Virus record (IMG/VR): IMGVR_UViG_3300028859_000011
Location: 32,001-96,000 of that record
Reading direction: 5' to 3' (one strand)
Origin: a virus
DNA: 64,000 bases
Position 1 is the first letter of the stretch, and each line of letters begins with the position of its first letter. Below the pieces are notes generated by a model. The model worked only from the letters and a program-made list of their open reading frames with translations, had not been told where the DNA came from and ran no database searches. The position numbers and the translations under genes were made by a program. This document shows, one piece after another, positions 40,329-48,303 of the stretch.

Positions 40329-40360
40329 TTTGGTAAATAAAATAATATGTATTATCTTTG
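40329..40360 (+). promoter_or_regulatory. Bacteroidota-type promoter
   Basis: TTTG-N20-TATCTTTG. Confidence 0.8.
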
Positions 40361-40412
40361 TATCCTCAATTAAACATAAATAATAATTATTAAAAACAAA
40401 AAACAAAAAAGT

Positions 40413-41363
40413 ATGAAAAAACAATTGATTTTAGTATGTGTGCTTGTAGTATCATTAATGTCATCCTGTATGAAACCTTATCAAAAGCAGAAAATCGTTG
40501 AGGTTAAACCTAACGAAACAGCTTACCTTATTCCATTGGAGAATGGAACTCAAACTAATCAAACTAAATTAAAATCTCAGGATTATTTGGAAAAGAACAA
40601 AGTAGTTGCAAAACGAATTTACATTCCTACACAATGGCAAAAAACTGGTAGAGGTAATAATTCTGGTTATTGGATGCCTTCTGATACAGTTATTATTGTA
40701 AATAGAACTCCTGTTACACGTGAATGGAATCAAGCAGGTGGAGGTTCGAATAAAACTTCAAATGATGCAATTAAAGTAGAGTCTAGAGAATCAATCGGAT
40801 TTGAAGTTTGTATAACTGCAACTGCATCAATTCCAGAAGAATGGGCTACATTATTCTTATATTCTTATAGTGGAAGATCTTTATCAGATTTGATGGATAG
40901 TGATGTTCGAGCATATGTTCAAACTTGCTTAACTACAGCATTTGGAGATAGAACGTTAACACAAGGACAAAATGAACGAAGTGTAGTATTTTCTCAAATG
41001 GCTAAAGATGTATCTGCACATTTTGCCTTATATGGTATTAAAATTATGAATATTGGTTCTGCTGGACAATTCTCATATGAAAATAAAGCTATTCAAGATG
41101 CTATTGATGAAAAATATTCTTCTGAAATGAATATACAAACTGCTCAGAATAAAGTAATTTCAGCCAATAAGTTTGCACAAGCAAAAGCAGCTATTGAAGC
41201 TCAGAGTCATCTTGATGCAGATATTGCAATTAAATTAGCATTTGCTGATGCACTTAAAAATGGTAAACTTCAAGTGCCAAGTACAATCGCTGGTGGAAAT
41301 TTCTCACTTCTTGAATTGTATGGCTTAACTAGTATGAGTAACACATCAAAAACAAAACGATAA
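40413..41363 (+). CDS. SPFH/Band-7-like lipoprotein
   Basis: Lipoprotein signal ending LMSSC, VKPNETAYLIP, C-terminal coiled coil. Confidence 0.65.
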   Translation: MKKQLILVCVLVVSLMSSCMKPYQKQKIVEVKPNETAYLIPLENGTQTNQTKLKSQDYLEKNKVVAKRIYIPTQWQKTGRGNNSGYWMPSDTVIIVNRTPVTREWNQAGGGSNKTSNDAIKVESRESIGFEVCITATASIPEEWATLFLYSYSGRSLSDLMDSDVRAYVQTCLTTAFGDRTLTQGQNERSVVFSQMAKDVSAHFALYGIKIMNIGSAGQFSYENKAIQDAIDEKYSSEMNIQTAQNKVISANKFAQAKAAIEAQSHLDADIAIKLAFADALKNGKLQVPSTIAGGNFSLLELYGLTSMSNTSKTKR

Positions 41364-41680
41364 TGAAAAATAAATTATTTAAATCTTTATTGGTTTTTAT
41401 TCTTTTGATTTTTCTCGGAGTATCACATGAGTTAATCTCACGTAAAGCATCACAAGATTATTCAGCAGCAGCTGCTCAGCAATTTACTAATGATAATGCA
41501 TATTATACATTACAGACTCAACATTCAACAATTAATTTTATCGATGTGGTATTTGTTGCTGCTTCTCTTACTTCTTTAAGTCTATTCTACTTTATTTGGA
41601 AAACAAAAAAAGAAGATGAAATACCTAATATAGAAGAATTAAAAGAAGATGAACTACCTGATATAGAAGAAAAAGTTTAA
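41363..41680 (+). CDS. Membrane protein
   Basis: Two hydrophobic segments; coupled to the SPFH gene (TAATG). Confidence 0.6.
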   Translation: MKNKLFKSLLVFILLIFLGVSHELISRKASQDYSAAAAQQFTNDNAYYTLQTQHSTINFIDVVFVAASLTSLSLFYFIWKTKKEDEIPNIEELKEDELPDIEEKV

Positions 41681-41873
41681 AATAATATGAAAATAAATGA
41701 AAAAGTCCTTGCTTATGTGAGGACTTTTTTTTATCTTTGTATTCAATATTTTATTCAAATTAAAAACTATAAATTATGTCAGCAATAATAGCAATATGTG
41801 CACTTTTAATTGTAGAGTCTATCATTTATATTATGATTGATGAATAAATTTATGAAACGTAAATAAAAATTGT

Positions 41874-42077
41874 ATGCAAATAGATTTTAGAAAAAATAAG
41901 AATTTTGGTGATCATGGAGACGTAAGATTAATAACTAAATTTTTATGGTACCCATTAATTTTAAAAGGTAGAATGATTTGGATGGAAACCGCAACAATTC
42001 AACAAATATGTTTTACTAATCCTTCATATTTATATACCAAAACATTTTGGATTAATGACTGCTTTGTAAAACAATAA
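41874..42077 (+). CDS. Hypothetical protein
   Basis: RLITKFLWYPL...W.E motif. Confidence 0.55.
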   Translation: MQIDFRKNKNFGDHGDVRLITKFLWYPLILKGRMIWMETATIQQICFTNPSYLYTKTFWINDCFVKQ

Positions 42078-42090
42078 ATTACAATAAAAT

Positions 42091-42306
42091 ATGAAAAGTA
42101 AAATACAAATAATTGATAATCAAGAAGTTATTGTTACACATATAACAGAAAAAGATTTCAAAAAAGCAATTAGTCTCATAATTAATAGATGTGATACAAT
42201 TAAAGATATTTTTAATGAAACATCTTGGTTGTTTTCACCTGCTGAAGATATTAGTCAGCTATTAGTAGTAACTGAAAAAATAACACATATCAAAAACAAA
42301 AAATGA
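42091..42306 (+). CDS. Hypothetical protein
   Basis: Intact ORF in run. Confidence 0.5.
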   Translation: MKSKIQIIDNQEVIVTHITEKDFKKAISLIINRCDTIKDIFNETSWLFSPAEDISQLLVVTEKITHIKNKK

Positions 42307-42527
42307 GCAAGAGTAAAATTACAAAAGAATTGATAGATAAAGTAAAAATACTTTATCCTGATTGCGATGTTTTTAAATCAAGAATTAAACATAACTATAT
42401 TTGTATTCGTAAATTGTTAGGTCAATCAATATACTATAGAGATGAAAATAGAACATTTGAATATGATAATACAGAAATTGAATATTTATATGTAGCAGAA
42501 GCTATATTAGAAATTAATAAACTATAA
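42303..42527 (+). CDS. Hypothetical protein
   Basis: Intact ORF, ATGA overlap. Confidence 0.5.
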   Translation: MSKSKITKELIDKVKILYPDCDVFKSRIKHNYICIRKLLGQSIYYRDENRTFEYDNTEIEYLYVAEAILEINKL

Positions 42528-42528
42528 T

Positions 42529-42870
42529 ATGACAACTAAAAAATTAAATAATAAAACCTTTATTTTTAAAGATTATAAAGATCCAAAATATAAAGAAATT
42601 GTATATGATGGTAAAAAATATCAATATCATCAAGTTGAAGATAATTGTGGTGAAAAAACATATTTTTACTATAATACTACTTATGCTAGTCATCCTAAAT
42701 ATTTAATATTTGGCCCTATAATTATAAAAACAATTCCAAAATTTATATTCCAAATATATGGTCATATTGAATCTGAAATATTTTCTAAAGATGATATAAG
42801 AATGAAGATTCATGAAAAAGTAAATATCATAAATAGAAGAAAAGAAATAAAAAGAGGAGAAATAATTTAA
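42529..42870 (+). CDS. Hypothetical protein
   Basis: Intact ORF in run. Confidence 0.55.
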   Translation: MTTKKLNNKTFIFKDYKDPKYKEIVYDGKKYQYHQVEDNCGEKTYFYYNTTYASHPKYLIFGPIIIKTIPKFIFQIYGHIESEIFSKDDIRMKIHEKVNIINRRKEIKRGEII

Positions 42871-42888
42871 TATAAAAATATATTAATC

Positions 42889-43107
42889 ATGACATCAAAA
42901 GATATTGTAAATAAAATTTTATTTAATGATAATAGAATATTTTACCTTAACGTAATGCTAAATAGTAATAGATTGATTGATAAAGAATATGTTAATTTAA
43001 TATATCGTAAATTTGAACTCAAAAAAGAAAATAATATACTTTATAAAAAATTAGAAGAAAATAGATTAAGAATCGAAAAATTGAAAGAATTAAATAATAT
43101 ATCATGA
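42889..43107 (+). CDS. Hypothetical protein, RxxKL tail
   Basis: Ends LRIEKLKELNNIS. Confidence 0.55.
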   Translation: MTSKDIVNKILFNDNRIFYLNVMLNSNRLIDKEYVNLIYRKFELKKENNILYKKLEENRLRIEKLKELNNIS

Positions 43108-43319
43108 AATTTAAAGATATTGAAAATGAAATTGTATTTTTAGAGAAAAAAAGTTTATCTTTGGAATGAATACTTTATAATATAAGTTATAATACAATCG
43201 AATTCATTGAGATACGGGAAAAATTTGATAAACTAAATATATATTTAAAAGAAATAAAAGAAAAATTTGAATTAAATAAATTAAGAATTGAAAAATTAAA
43301 AGAATTGAATGATATATGA
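43104..43319 (+). pseudogene. RxxKL-tail ORF interrupted by an in-frame TGA
   Basis: MKFKDIE...SLE*ILYN...LRIEKLKELNDI; TGA at 43167-43169. Confidence 0.55.
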
Positions 43320-43672
43320 TTGATTATAAAAAAGATGTAAAATTATCAAATGAATTCAAAACAGTACACGAACAAATGCAAGATAAATTATATAAAAATG
43401 TAAGATTACTATGTAACGTCGAAACAAGACAAAAACAAATATACGTCACTTTATATAATGAAAAATATTTTAATTATGAATATCCTTATTTTGATGATCA
43501 TGACTTGATATATAAAGTAGATAATGAAGATTTCTATGAAAATTTTAAAAAAATAAGAAAAATAAAAAGAGATTATAATAATTCTTATAAACCAATAAAG
43601 TTTAAAACTGAATTTGAATGCTTAAAATATTTGAAATCTATCGGAATTGATGAAGTTGGTCCGAATAATTAA
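43316..43672 (+). CDS. Hypothetical protein
   Basis: Intact ORF. Confidence 0.55.
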   Translation: MIDYKKDVKLSNEFKTVHEQMQDKLYKNVRLLCNVETRQKQIYVTLYNEKYFNYEYPYFDDHDLIYKVDNEDFYENFKKIRKIKRDYNNSYKPIKFKTEFECLKYLKSIGIDEVGPNN

Positions 43673-43686
43673 TTAAAAATAAAAAT

Positions 43687-43908
43687 ATGAAACAAAAAAT
43701 TTTAGAAATATTAGGTAAGAATCATACTACGCCATGCGTATTCACAAATAACCAAGAAGTTGAAGCGATTTATACATATAAAAATGATGTATATTGCTTA
43801 GAAATGGGAGAAGATTTTCCTTTTGATGATGTTTCTGAAAAAGGACAAAAAAAGATTCTTGATGCTATTGTAAATAATGAATATAAAAAAGATAAAACTT
43901 TTCAATAA
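43687..43908 (+). CDS. Hypothetical protein
   Basis: Intact ORF. Confidence 0.55.
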   Translation: MKQKILEILGKNHTTPCVFTNNQEVEAIYTYKNDVYCLEMGEDFPFDDVSEKGQKKILDAIVNNEYKKDKTFQ

Positions 43909-43912
43909 AAAG

Positions 43913-43944
43913 TTTGGTGAATTGAAAACTTTTCCGTACTTTTG
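43913..43944 (+). promoter_or_regulatory. Bacteroidota-type promoter for the leader/tRNA-Leu unit
   Basis: TTTG (43913-16)-N20-TACTTTTG (43937-44). Confidence 0.75.
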
Positions 43945-43998
43945 TACTACATAATAAAAATAGAAAAAAATCATATTTTTTAAAGAATATATACTGAT

Positions 43999-44091
43999 AT
44001 GAAAAACTACAATAACATAATGAACTTGCTACTCTTAAACCTATTATTACAAAATAATCGGACTGAGAGTACTATGTCATATCTATTGTAA
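43999..44091 (+). CDS. Leucine-rich attenuator leader peptide (30 aa; alternative ATG at 44020)
   Basis: MKNYNNIMNLLLLNLLLQNNRTESTMSYLL; 7 Leu in 8 codons (TTG CTA CTC TTA AAC CTA TTA TTA). Confidence 0.85.
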   Translation: MKNYNNIMNLLLLNLLLQNNRTESTMSYLL

Positions 44092-44151
44092 CAAATAATA
44101 TAAGCATATTAAAAAGACCTCAGTCATTTATTTGATTGAGGTTTTTCTTTT
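44030..44151 (+). promoter_or_regulatory. Transcription attenuator with alternative 1:2, 2:3 and 3:4 pairings
   Basis: TACTCTTA(44030-37):TGAGAGTA(44064-71); GACTGAG(44061-67):CTCAGTC(44119-25); terminator 44112-44151. Confidence 0.8.
44112..44151 (+). terminator. Conditional intrinsic terminator (attenuator 3:4)
   Basis: AAAGACCTCAGTCA-TTTATT-TGATTGAGGTTTTT followed by CTTTT. Confidence 0.85.
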
Positions 44152-44161
44152 ATAATAAAAT

Positions 44162-44247
44162 GCTCTGGTGGTGAAACTGGCGAAACACGATACTTTTAAA
44201 AAGTATTACATTAAGAAACAATGCGGGTCCGAATCCCGCTCAGAGTA
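44162..44247 (+). tRNA. tRNA-Leu(TAA)
   Basis: Acceptor GCTCTGG/TCAGAGT, anticodon arm ATACT-TTTAAAA-AGTAT, long variable arm, A73, no encoded CCA. Confidence 0.85.
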
Positions 44248-44255
44248 CAAAAAAT

Positions 44256-44338
44256 GTTCCTGTGATGAAATTGGTAGTACATAAATTTCTTAAAAGAATT
44301 TGCCCACTGGCGTGTCGGTTCGAGTCCGACCAGGAATA
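44256..44338 (+). tRNA. tRNA-Leu(TAA), second divergent copy
   Basis: GTTCCTG/CAGGAAT, loop CTTAAAA, variable stem GCC/GGC, GGTTCGAGTCC T arm. Confidence 0.9.
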
Positions 44339-44349
44339 CAATAAAACAT

Positions 44350-44435
44350 GCTGATGTGGCGGAATGAATACGCGGCAGTCTAAGAAACTGTTTCTGAACA
44401 AAGTAAGAATGTGGGTTCAAGTCCCACCATCAGTA
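44350..44435 (+). tRNA. tRNA-Leu(AAG)
   Basis: GCTGATG/CATCAGT, anticodon arm GCAGT-CTAAGAA-ACTGT, long variable arm. Confidence 0.85.
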
Positions 44436-44442
44436 CAATAAT

Positions 44443-44516
44443 GACTGAGTGATGTAATTGGTAACCATGTCATCCTCAAAAGGTGAATTTTGTGGGTTCG
44501 ACTCCCATCTCAGTTA
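44443..44516 (+). tRNA. tRNA with CAA anticodon (Leu) and short variable region
   Basis: GACTGAG/CTCAGTT, TCATC-CTCAAAA-GGTGA, 5-nt variable loop ATTTT. Confidence 0.8.
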
Positions 44517-44524
44517 CAATACAT

Positions 44525-44614
44525 GTTCCAGTGGCGAAACTTGGTTGAGACGCGTTAGATTTAGGATCTAATACAGTTAATGACACACTGCGGGTCCAAA
44601 TCCCGCCTGGAATA
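44525..44614 (+). tRNA. tRNA-Leu(TAG)
   Basis: GTTCCAG/CTGGAAT, TTAGA-TTTAGGA-TCTAA, long variable arm. Confidence 0.88.
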
Positions 44615-44615
44615 C

Positions 44616-44660
44616 AAAGTGTGAGCCAATTTTATTAAAAAAATTGACTCACACTTTTTT
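44616..44660 (+). terminator. Terminator closing the tRNA array
   Basis: AAAGTGTGAG...CTCACACTTT followed by a T tract overlapping a TTTTATATATA motif. Confidence 0.75.
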
Positions 44661-44682
44661 ATATATACAATAAAAAAAGTAT

Positions 44683-45621
44683 ATGAATAAATATAATAAA
44701 GAAAAATTTGAAGAAGTTATTAAAAAATCATTTTCTTATTCAAGCACTTGCAAGAATATTGGATTAGTGCCAGTAGGAGGAAATATTCTCACAGTAAAAA
44801 AATATATTAAATTATATAATATAAACATTGATCATTTTACTGGGCAAGGATGGAATTTTGGAGATAATTATAAGCAAACAAAAAATGCTATACCATTAAA
44901 TGACATATTAGATGGTTTGCATCCATCATATGGCACAACTCATTTAAAGAAAAGATTAATTAAAGATAGACTAAAAGAAAATAGATGTGAAGAATGCGGG
45001 TTGACAGAATGGAATAATATGCCAATTGCTTTACAATTACATCATAAAGATGGTGATAGTACAAATCATAAATTTGAAAATTTAAAAATATTATGTCCAA
45101 ATTGTCACACACAAACAGATACATATGGATCTAAAAATAAAGGAACAGAGAAAACATATGATAAGATACAATTATTGGAATCTATTTCCAATTCCAAAAA
45201 TTACAGTGAAGTCAAAATAAAAATAGGATTAAAAAGAGGAGGTGATAATAATGTAATAAAAAATATCATGTTTGAATATGATATAAATTTTAATGACAGT
45301 GAAAAAATAAAAAGTATAATTTTAGAAGAAAAAGAATTAATAGAAAAAGAATTAATAGAAAAAGAAGAAATTCAAAATAAATCAACAAAAAAAATTAAAA
45401 TTAGAAAAAAATATCCATCAATAAAAAATATTTGCTCATGCGGCAAAGAAATTCAAACCAGATCAAATCAGTGCAATGAGTGTTATAGATTATCTGAAAG
45501 AAAAGTAATGAACAGACCAACTAAAGATGAATTAAGATTAATGATATCTGATACAAGTTTAGAAGCTGTTGGTAGAGTTTATGGTGTGACTGGCAATACA
45601 GTTAAGAAGTGGCTAAAATAA
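44683..45621 (+). mobile_element. HNH homing-type endonuclease
   Basis: CEECG...LQLHHKDGDSTNH..ENL.ILCPNCH; extra Zn ribbon (CSCG...C..C) and C-terminal HTH. Confidence 0.88.
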
Positions 45622-45675
45622 TGTCTTATATTGAAATGTCTAAATGAGATGGTTCGACTCCCACCTAAGTTACAA
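45622..45675 (+). pseudogene. Degenerate tRNA 3' remnant
   Basis: GGTTCGACTCCCACCTAAGTTACAA resembles the 3' end of the 44443 tRNA; no D or anticodon arm. Confidence 0.5.
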
Positions 45676-46213
45676 ATTAAATTTCTTTGATGCTATAATT
45701 GATTCCATATCAATTATAGAACTTGACCAATACTTCATTGATCCATCATCAGTTTTAACAATTCCTGGTCCGTCGTGAGGTCCAGGATTCATTTTTTTAA
45801 CTTCATAATCAATTGAAGCCCATCTAAAATTTTCAATTCTTTCTTTCTTTATTACTTTACACAATTCAGTATTATTCCAACCAAGTAAGCAATAATCTCC
45901 AATAGATGGTAGATTTTCCAGATCTTCAATTTTTTTAGAATAGCTTTTTATTTGTTCACGTTTAACTAAAAAATTGTTATTCCACAATTCATATTTATCA
46001 AATTTAACGTTATAGTATTCTGTGTGTTTCTATAGATATTATTTTACCTATTCTATATTTATAGTCAGTATCGTTTTTTCTAGGGGTAAAATATTCAGGT
46101 ATTTTAGATTCATAGAAATCTTCGTTGAGTCTGACGTAATCATTTATTTCTGGTTCTGAATCACGTGTAAATTCTTTTGTATTGTAGAATTCAATTTTTT
46201 TAATATGTTTCAT
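45670..46213 (-). pseudogene. Single CTS/KFNL-family gene split by a frameshift at an (AC)3A repeat
   Basis: MKHIKKIE... (46213) and ...KKFNL (45670) join with a one-frame shift between 46012 and 46029. Confidence 0.6.
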
Positions 46214-46582
46214 ATGTTATATTTTTTTGCATGTATTTTTAGTTTGAATATCGTCATATATATCATCAAATGATATAGCTAAAAAATCATCAACTGATAG
46301 CATATTTTGCATGTAATCTATTCCATCACCCCAACCTCTTGTAGAAACAGAACTGATAGATATTGAATATTCTGAATATTTTGAAACCTCAACAATTATT
46401 GCATAATAGCCTGGAGTTTTAACATTCCTTCTTATAGTATGTTCGTCATTATAACTTAGATTATATGTTTTGAGTTTATCAATAAGTTGTTCTGTTTGTT
46501 CGTCTGTTATGCCTTCAATATTTATTGCAAATCTGAATTTATTTTTAGAACTTTCATTAATGAATTGATTATATTTTTTCAT
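46210..46582 (-). pseudogene. CTS-family gene with a late frameshift
   Basis: MKKYNQFINE...; the alternate frame gives FKLKIHAKKYNI* ending at the ATGA overlap. Confidence 0.55.
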
Positions 46583-46971
46583 AGGTTAAATTTATTTGCG
46601 TCATTTTTTAATTTAAAATAATTTTCAACTCCATCTAATCCAACCAACAAAAATTCTTCTAATGATATTAAATTTACTTTTACTGAACTACCGAAATCTA
46701 TACCTGAAATTTTAATATAATTAGTATTATTTATATCATAATACAATGATATCTCCTATGAATATTTTGTTGATATTAAAAATTCTTCATTCCAAGAATA
46801 TAATTTAACATGTTTTTTTATTTCATTTATTGCGGATTTTTTCTTATCAATTGTATTATTTGTACTTTTATCAATAACAAATGTAATATTAGGCTCTGAT
46901 TCAGGTATCATATCTTTACTATCAATTAATATGTAATTATTTTCATTAATGAATTGGTTATATTTTTTCAT
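46579..46971 (-). pseudogene. CTS/KFNL-family gene with an internal TAG
   Basis: MKKYNQFINE...KYS*EISLY...DANKFNL; TAG at 46758-46756, frame stays open to the paralogous end. Confidence 0.7.
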
Positions 46972-47402
46972 ATATTAAATTTATTTGCATCTTTTTTCAT
47001 GTTGATAATTTCTTCTTTTGCTTTGACAAGTTCTTCAGCTCCTTCAAATCCAACTTTAAAGAATTCATCTAACGATAATATACATTCCATATAAGTATAT
47101 CCTGCTCCCCAACGTGGTGTTGTAACTGTTGATATATCTATTCTACAACGATTAAAATAATCAGTAATCTCGAATCCTAAAGCCCAAGGAAAGAAAGAAT
47201 TACTTCCAAAAATATCCTTTTTGTATCTAAGACTCAATAATTCTGATTTTCCAAATTCTGAATATTCATCATAATTTACAGATTTTTTGTAAATCATATC
47301 AAATAATTTATCAATTTGATCATCTGTGATATTTGTTATATCAACAGCAAATCTGAATTTATCAGAAATACTTTCATTGATGAATTGTTTATATTTTTTC
47401 AT
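46968..47402 (-). CDS. CTS/KFN-family protein
   Basis: MKKYKQFINE...DANKFNI. Confidence 0.7.
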   Translation of the reverse strand: MKKYKQFINESISDKFRFAVDITNITDDQIDKLFDMIYKKSVNYDEYSEFGKSELLSLRYKKDIFGSNSFFPWALGFEITDYFNRCRIDISTVTTPRWGAGYTYMECILSLDEFFKVGFEGAEELVKAKEEIINMKKDANKFNI

Positions 47403-47839
47403 AGGTTAAATTTATTTGCATCTTTCTTAATTTTATAAAGTGTTTCAACTCCTTCTAATCCAATTATAAGGAAATTATCTAATGAAATTATAAGGTTATT
47501 CTCACCTCTCATCTCATCAGATCTCAGTTTTAAAAAATCTATTGTATCTCTTGGTATTGCAGAATTGCCCCAACTTTCATATACTTGAATATACCATACC
47601 CAGTAATTATTTTTATCTACTGAGAAACGTTTCCAATCAGTATCATTATCTCTAATTAATAAACTTTTTATATTGTGAGTTTCTAATGTCACATATTTTC
47701 TAAATTCATCAAATGCTTCTTGTTGTCTTTTTTCATCTGCATCTTCCAATGATATGAAAAATTTAAAATCCATATTATTGGATGCATAATTTTCTCCATA
47801 TGCTCTATTTTCGTTAATAAATTCTTTATATTTTTTCAT
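47399..47839 (-). CDS. CTS/KFN-family protein
   Basis: MKKYKEFINE...DANKFNL. Confidence 0.7.
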   Translation of the reverse strand: MKKYKEFINENRAYGENYASNNMDFKFFISLEDADEKRQQEAFDEFRKYVTLETHNIKSLLIRDNDTDWKRFSVDKNNYWVWYIQVYESWGNSAIPRDTIDFLKLRSDEMRGENNLIISLDNFLIIGLEGVETLYKIKKDANKFNL

Positions 47840-48303
47840 ATATTAAATTTTTCAGCTTTTTTTATCATTAGATATTTTTGATATTGTTTTGGATATTCAT
47901 CTATTATTTTCTTTTTATCATTAAGTTGTAAATATGTCAAAAAATCATTACCAAGATTGTCTTTTAGATTCCAATTCGCATTAGATTCTATTAATACTTT
48001 TACTATATTAATATTTTCTCTTAATGTAGCATACTGTAATGCGGTTCTATCATATATATCTTGATAGTTTATATCAGCGCCTTTTTCTATTAAATACTCA
48101 ACCACGTCTATTCTATTATTATCTGCTGCTAATATTAATGGTGTATAATTATTATTTTCTATAATATTTATATCAATTTTTTCAACTTCTATATATTCTT
48201 TAACAACTTCTAAATCTCCCCTTCTACAAGCTTCAAATATACTAATATCACTATTGAAAAAGATATCAGAATATCTATCTTCAAATGTTTTTATAAATTT
48301 CAT
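47836..48303 (-). CDS. Ankyrin repeat protein
   Basis: YTPLILAA....VVEYLIEKGADIN, RTALQYA; MKFIKTFE start, EKFNI end. Confidence 0.9.
   Translation of the reverse strand: MKFIKTFEDRYSDIFFNSDISIFEACRRGDLEVVKEYIEVEKIDINIIENNNYTPLILAADNNRIDVVEYLIEKGADINYQDIYDRTALQYATLRENINIVKVLIESNANWNLKDNLGNDFLTYLQLNDKKKIIDEYPKQYQKYLMIKKAEKFNI

Noticed and set aside
43950-44160. T-box riboswitch as the tRNA leader
   Set aside because: No T-box consensus or stem I is visible, and the leader ORF with alternative hairpins explains the region.
44211-44420. Minus-strand 69-aa ORF
   Set aside because: It lies antisense to three tRNA genes, a typical artefact.
44443-44516. Reading this tRNA as an opal suppressor (TCA anticodon)
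   Set aside because: The 5-bp stem fixes the loop as CT-CAA-AA with U33 before CAA; a TCA register breaks the stem.
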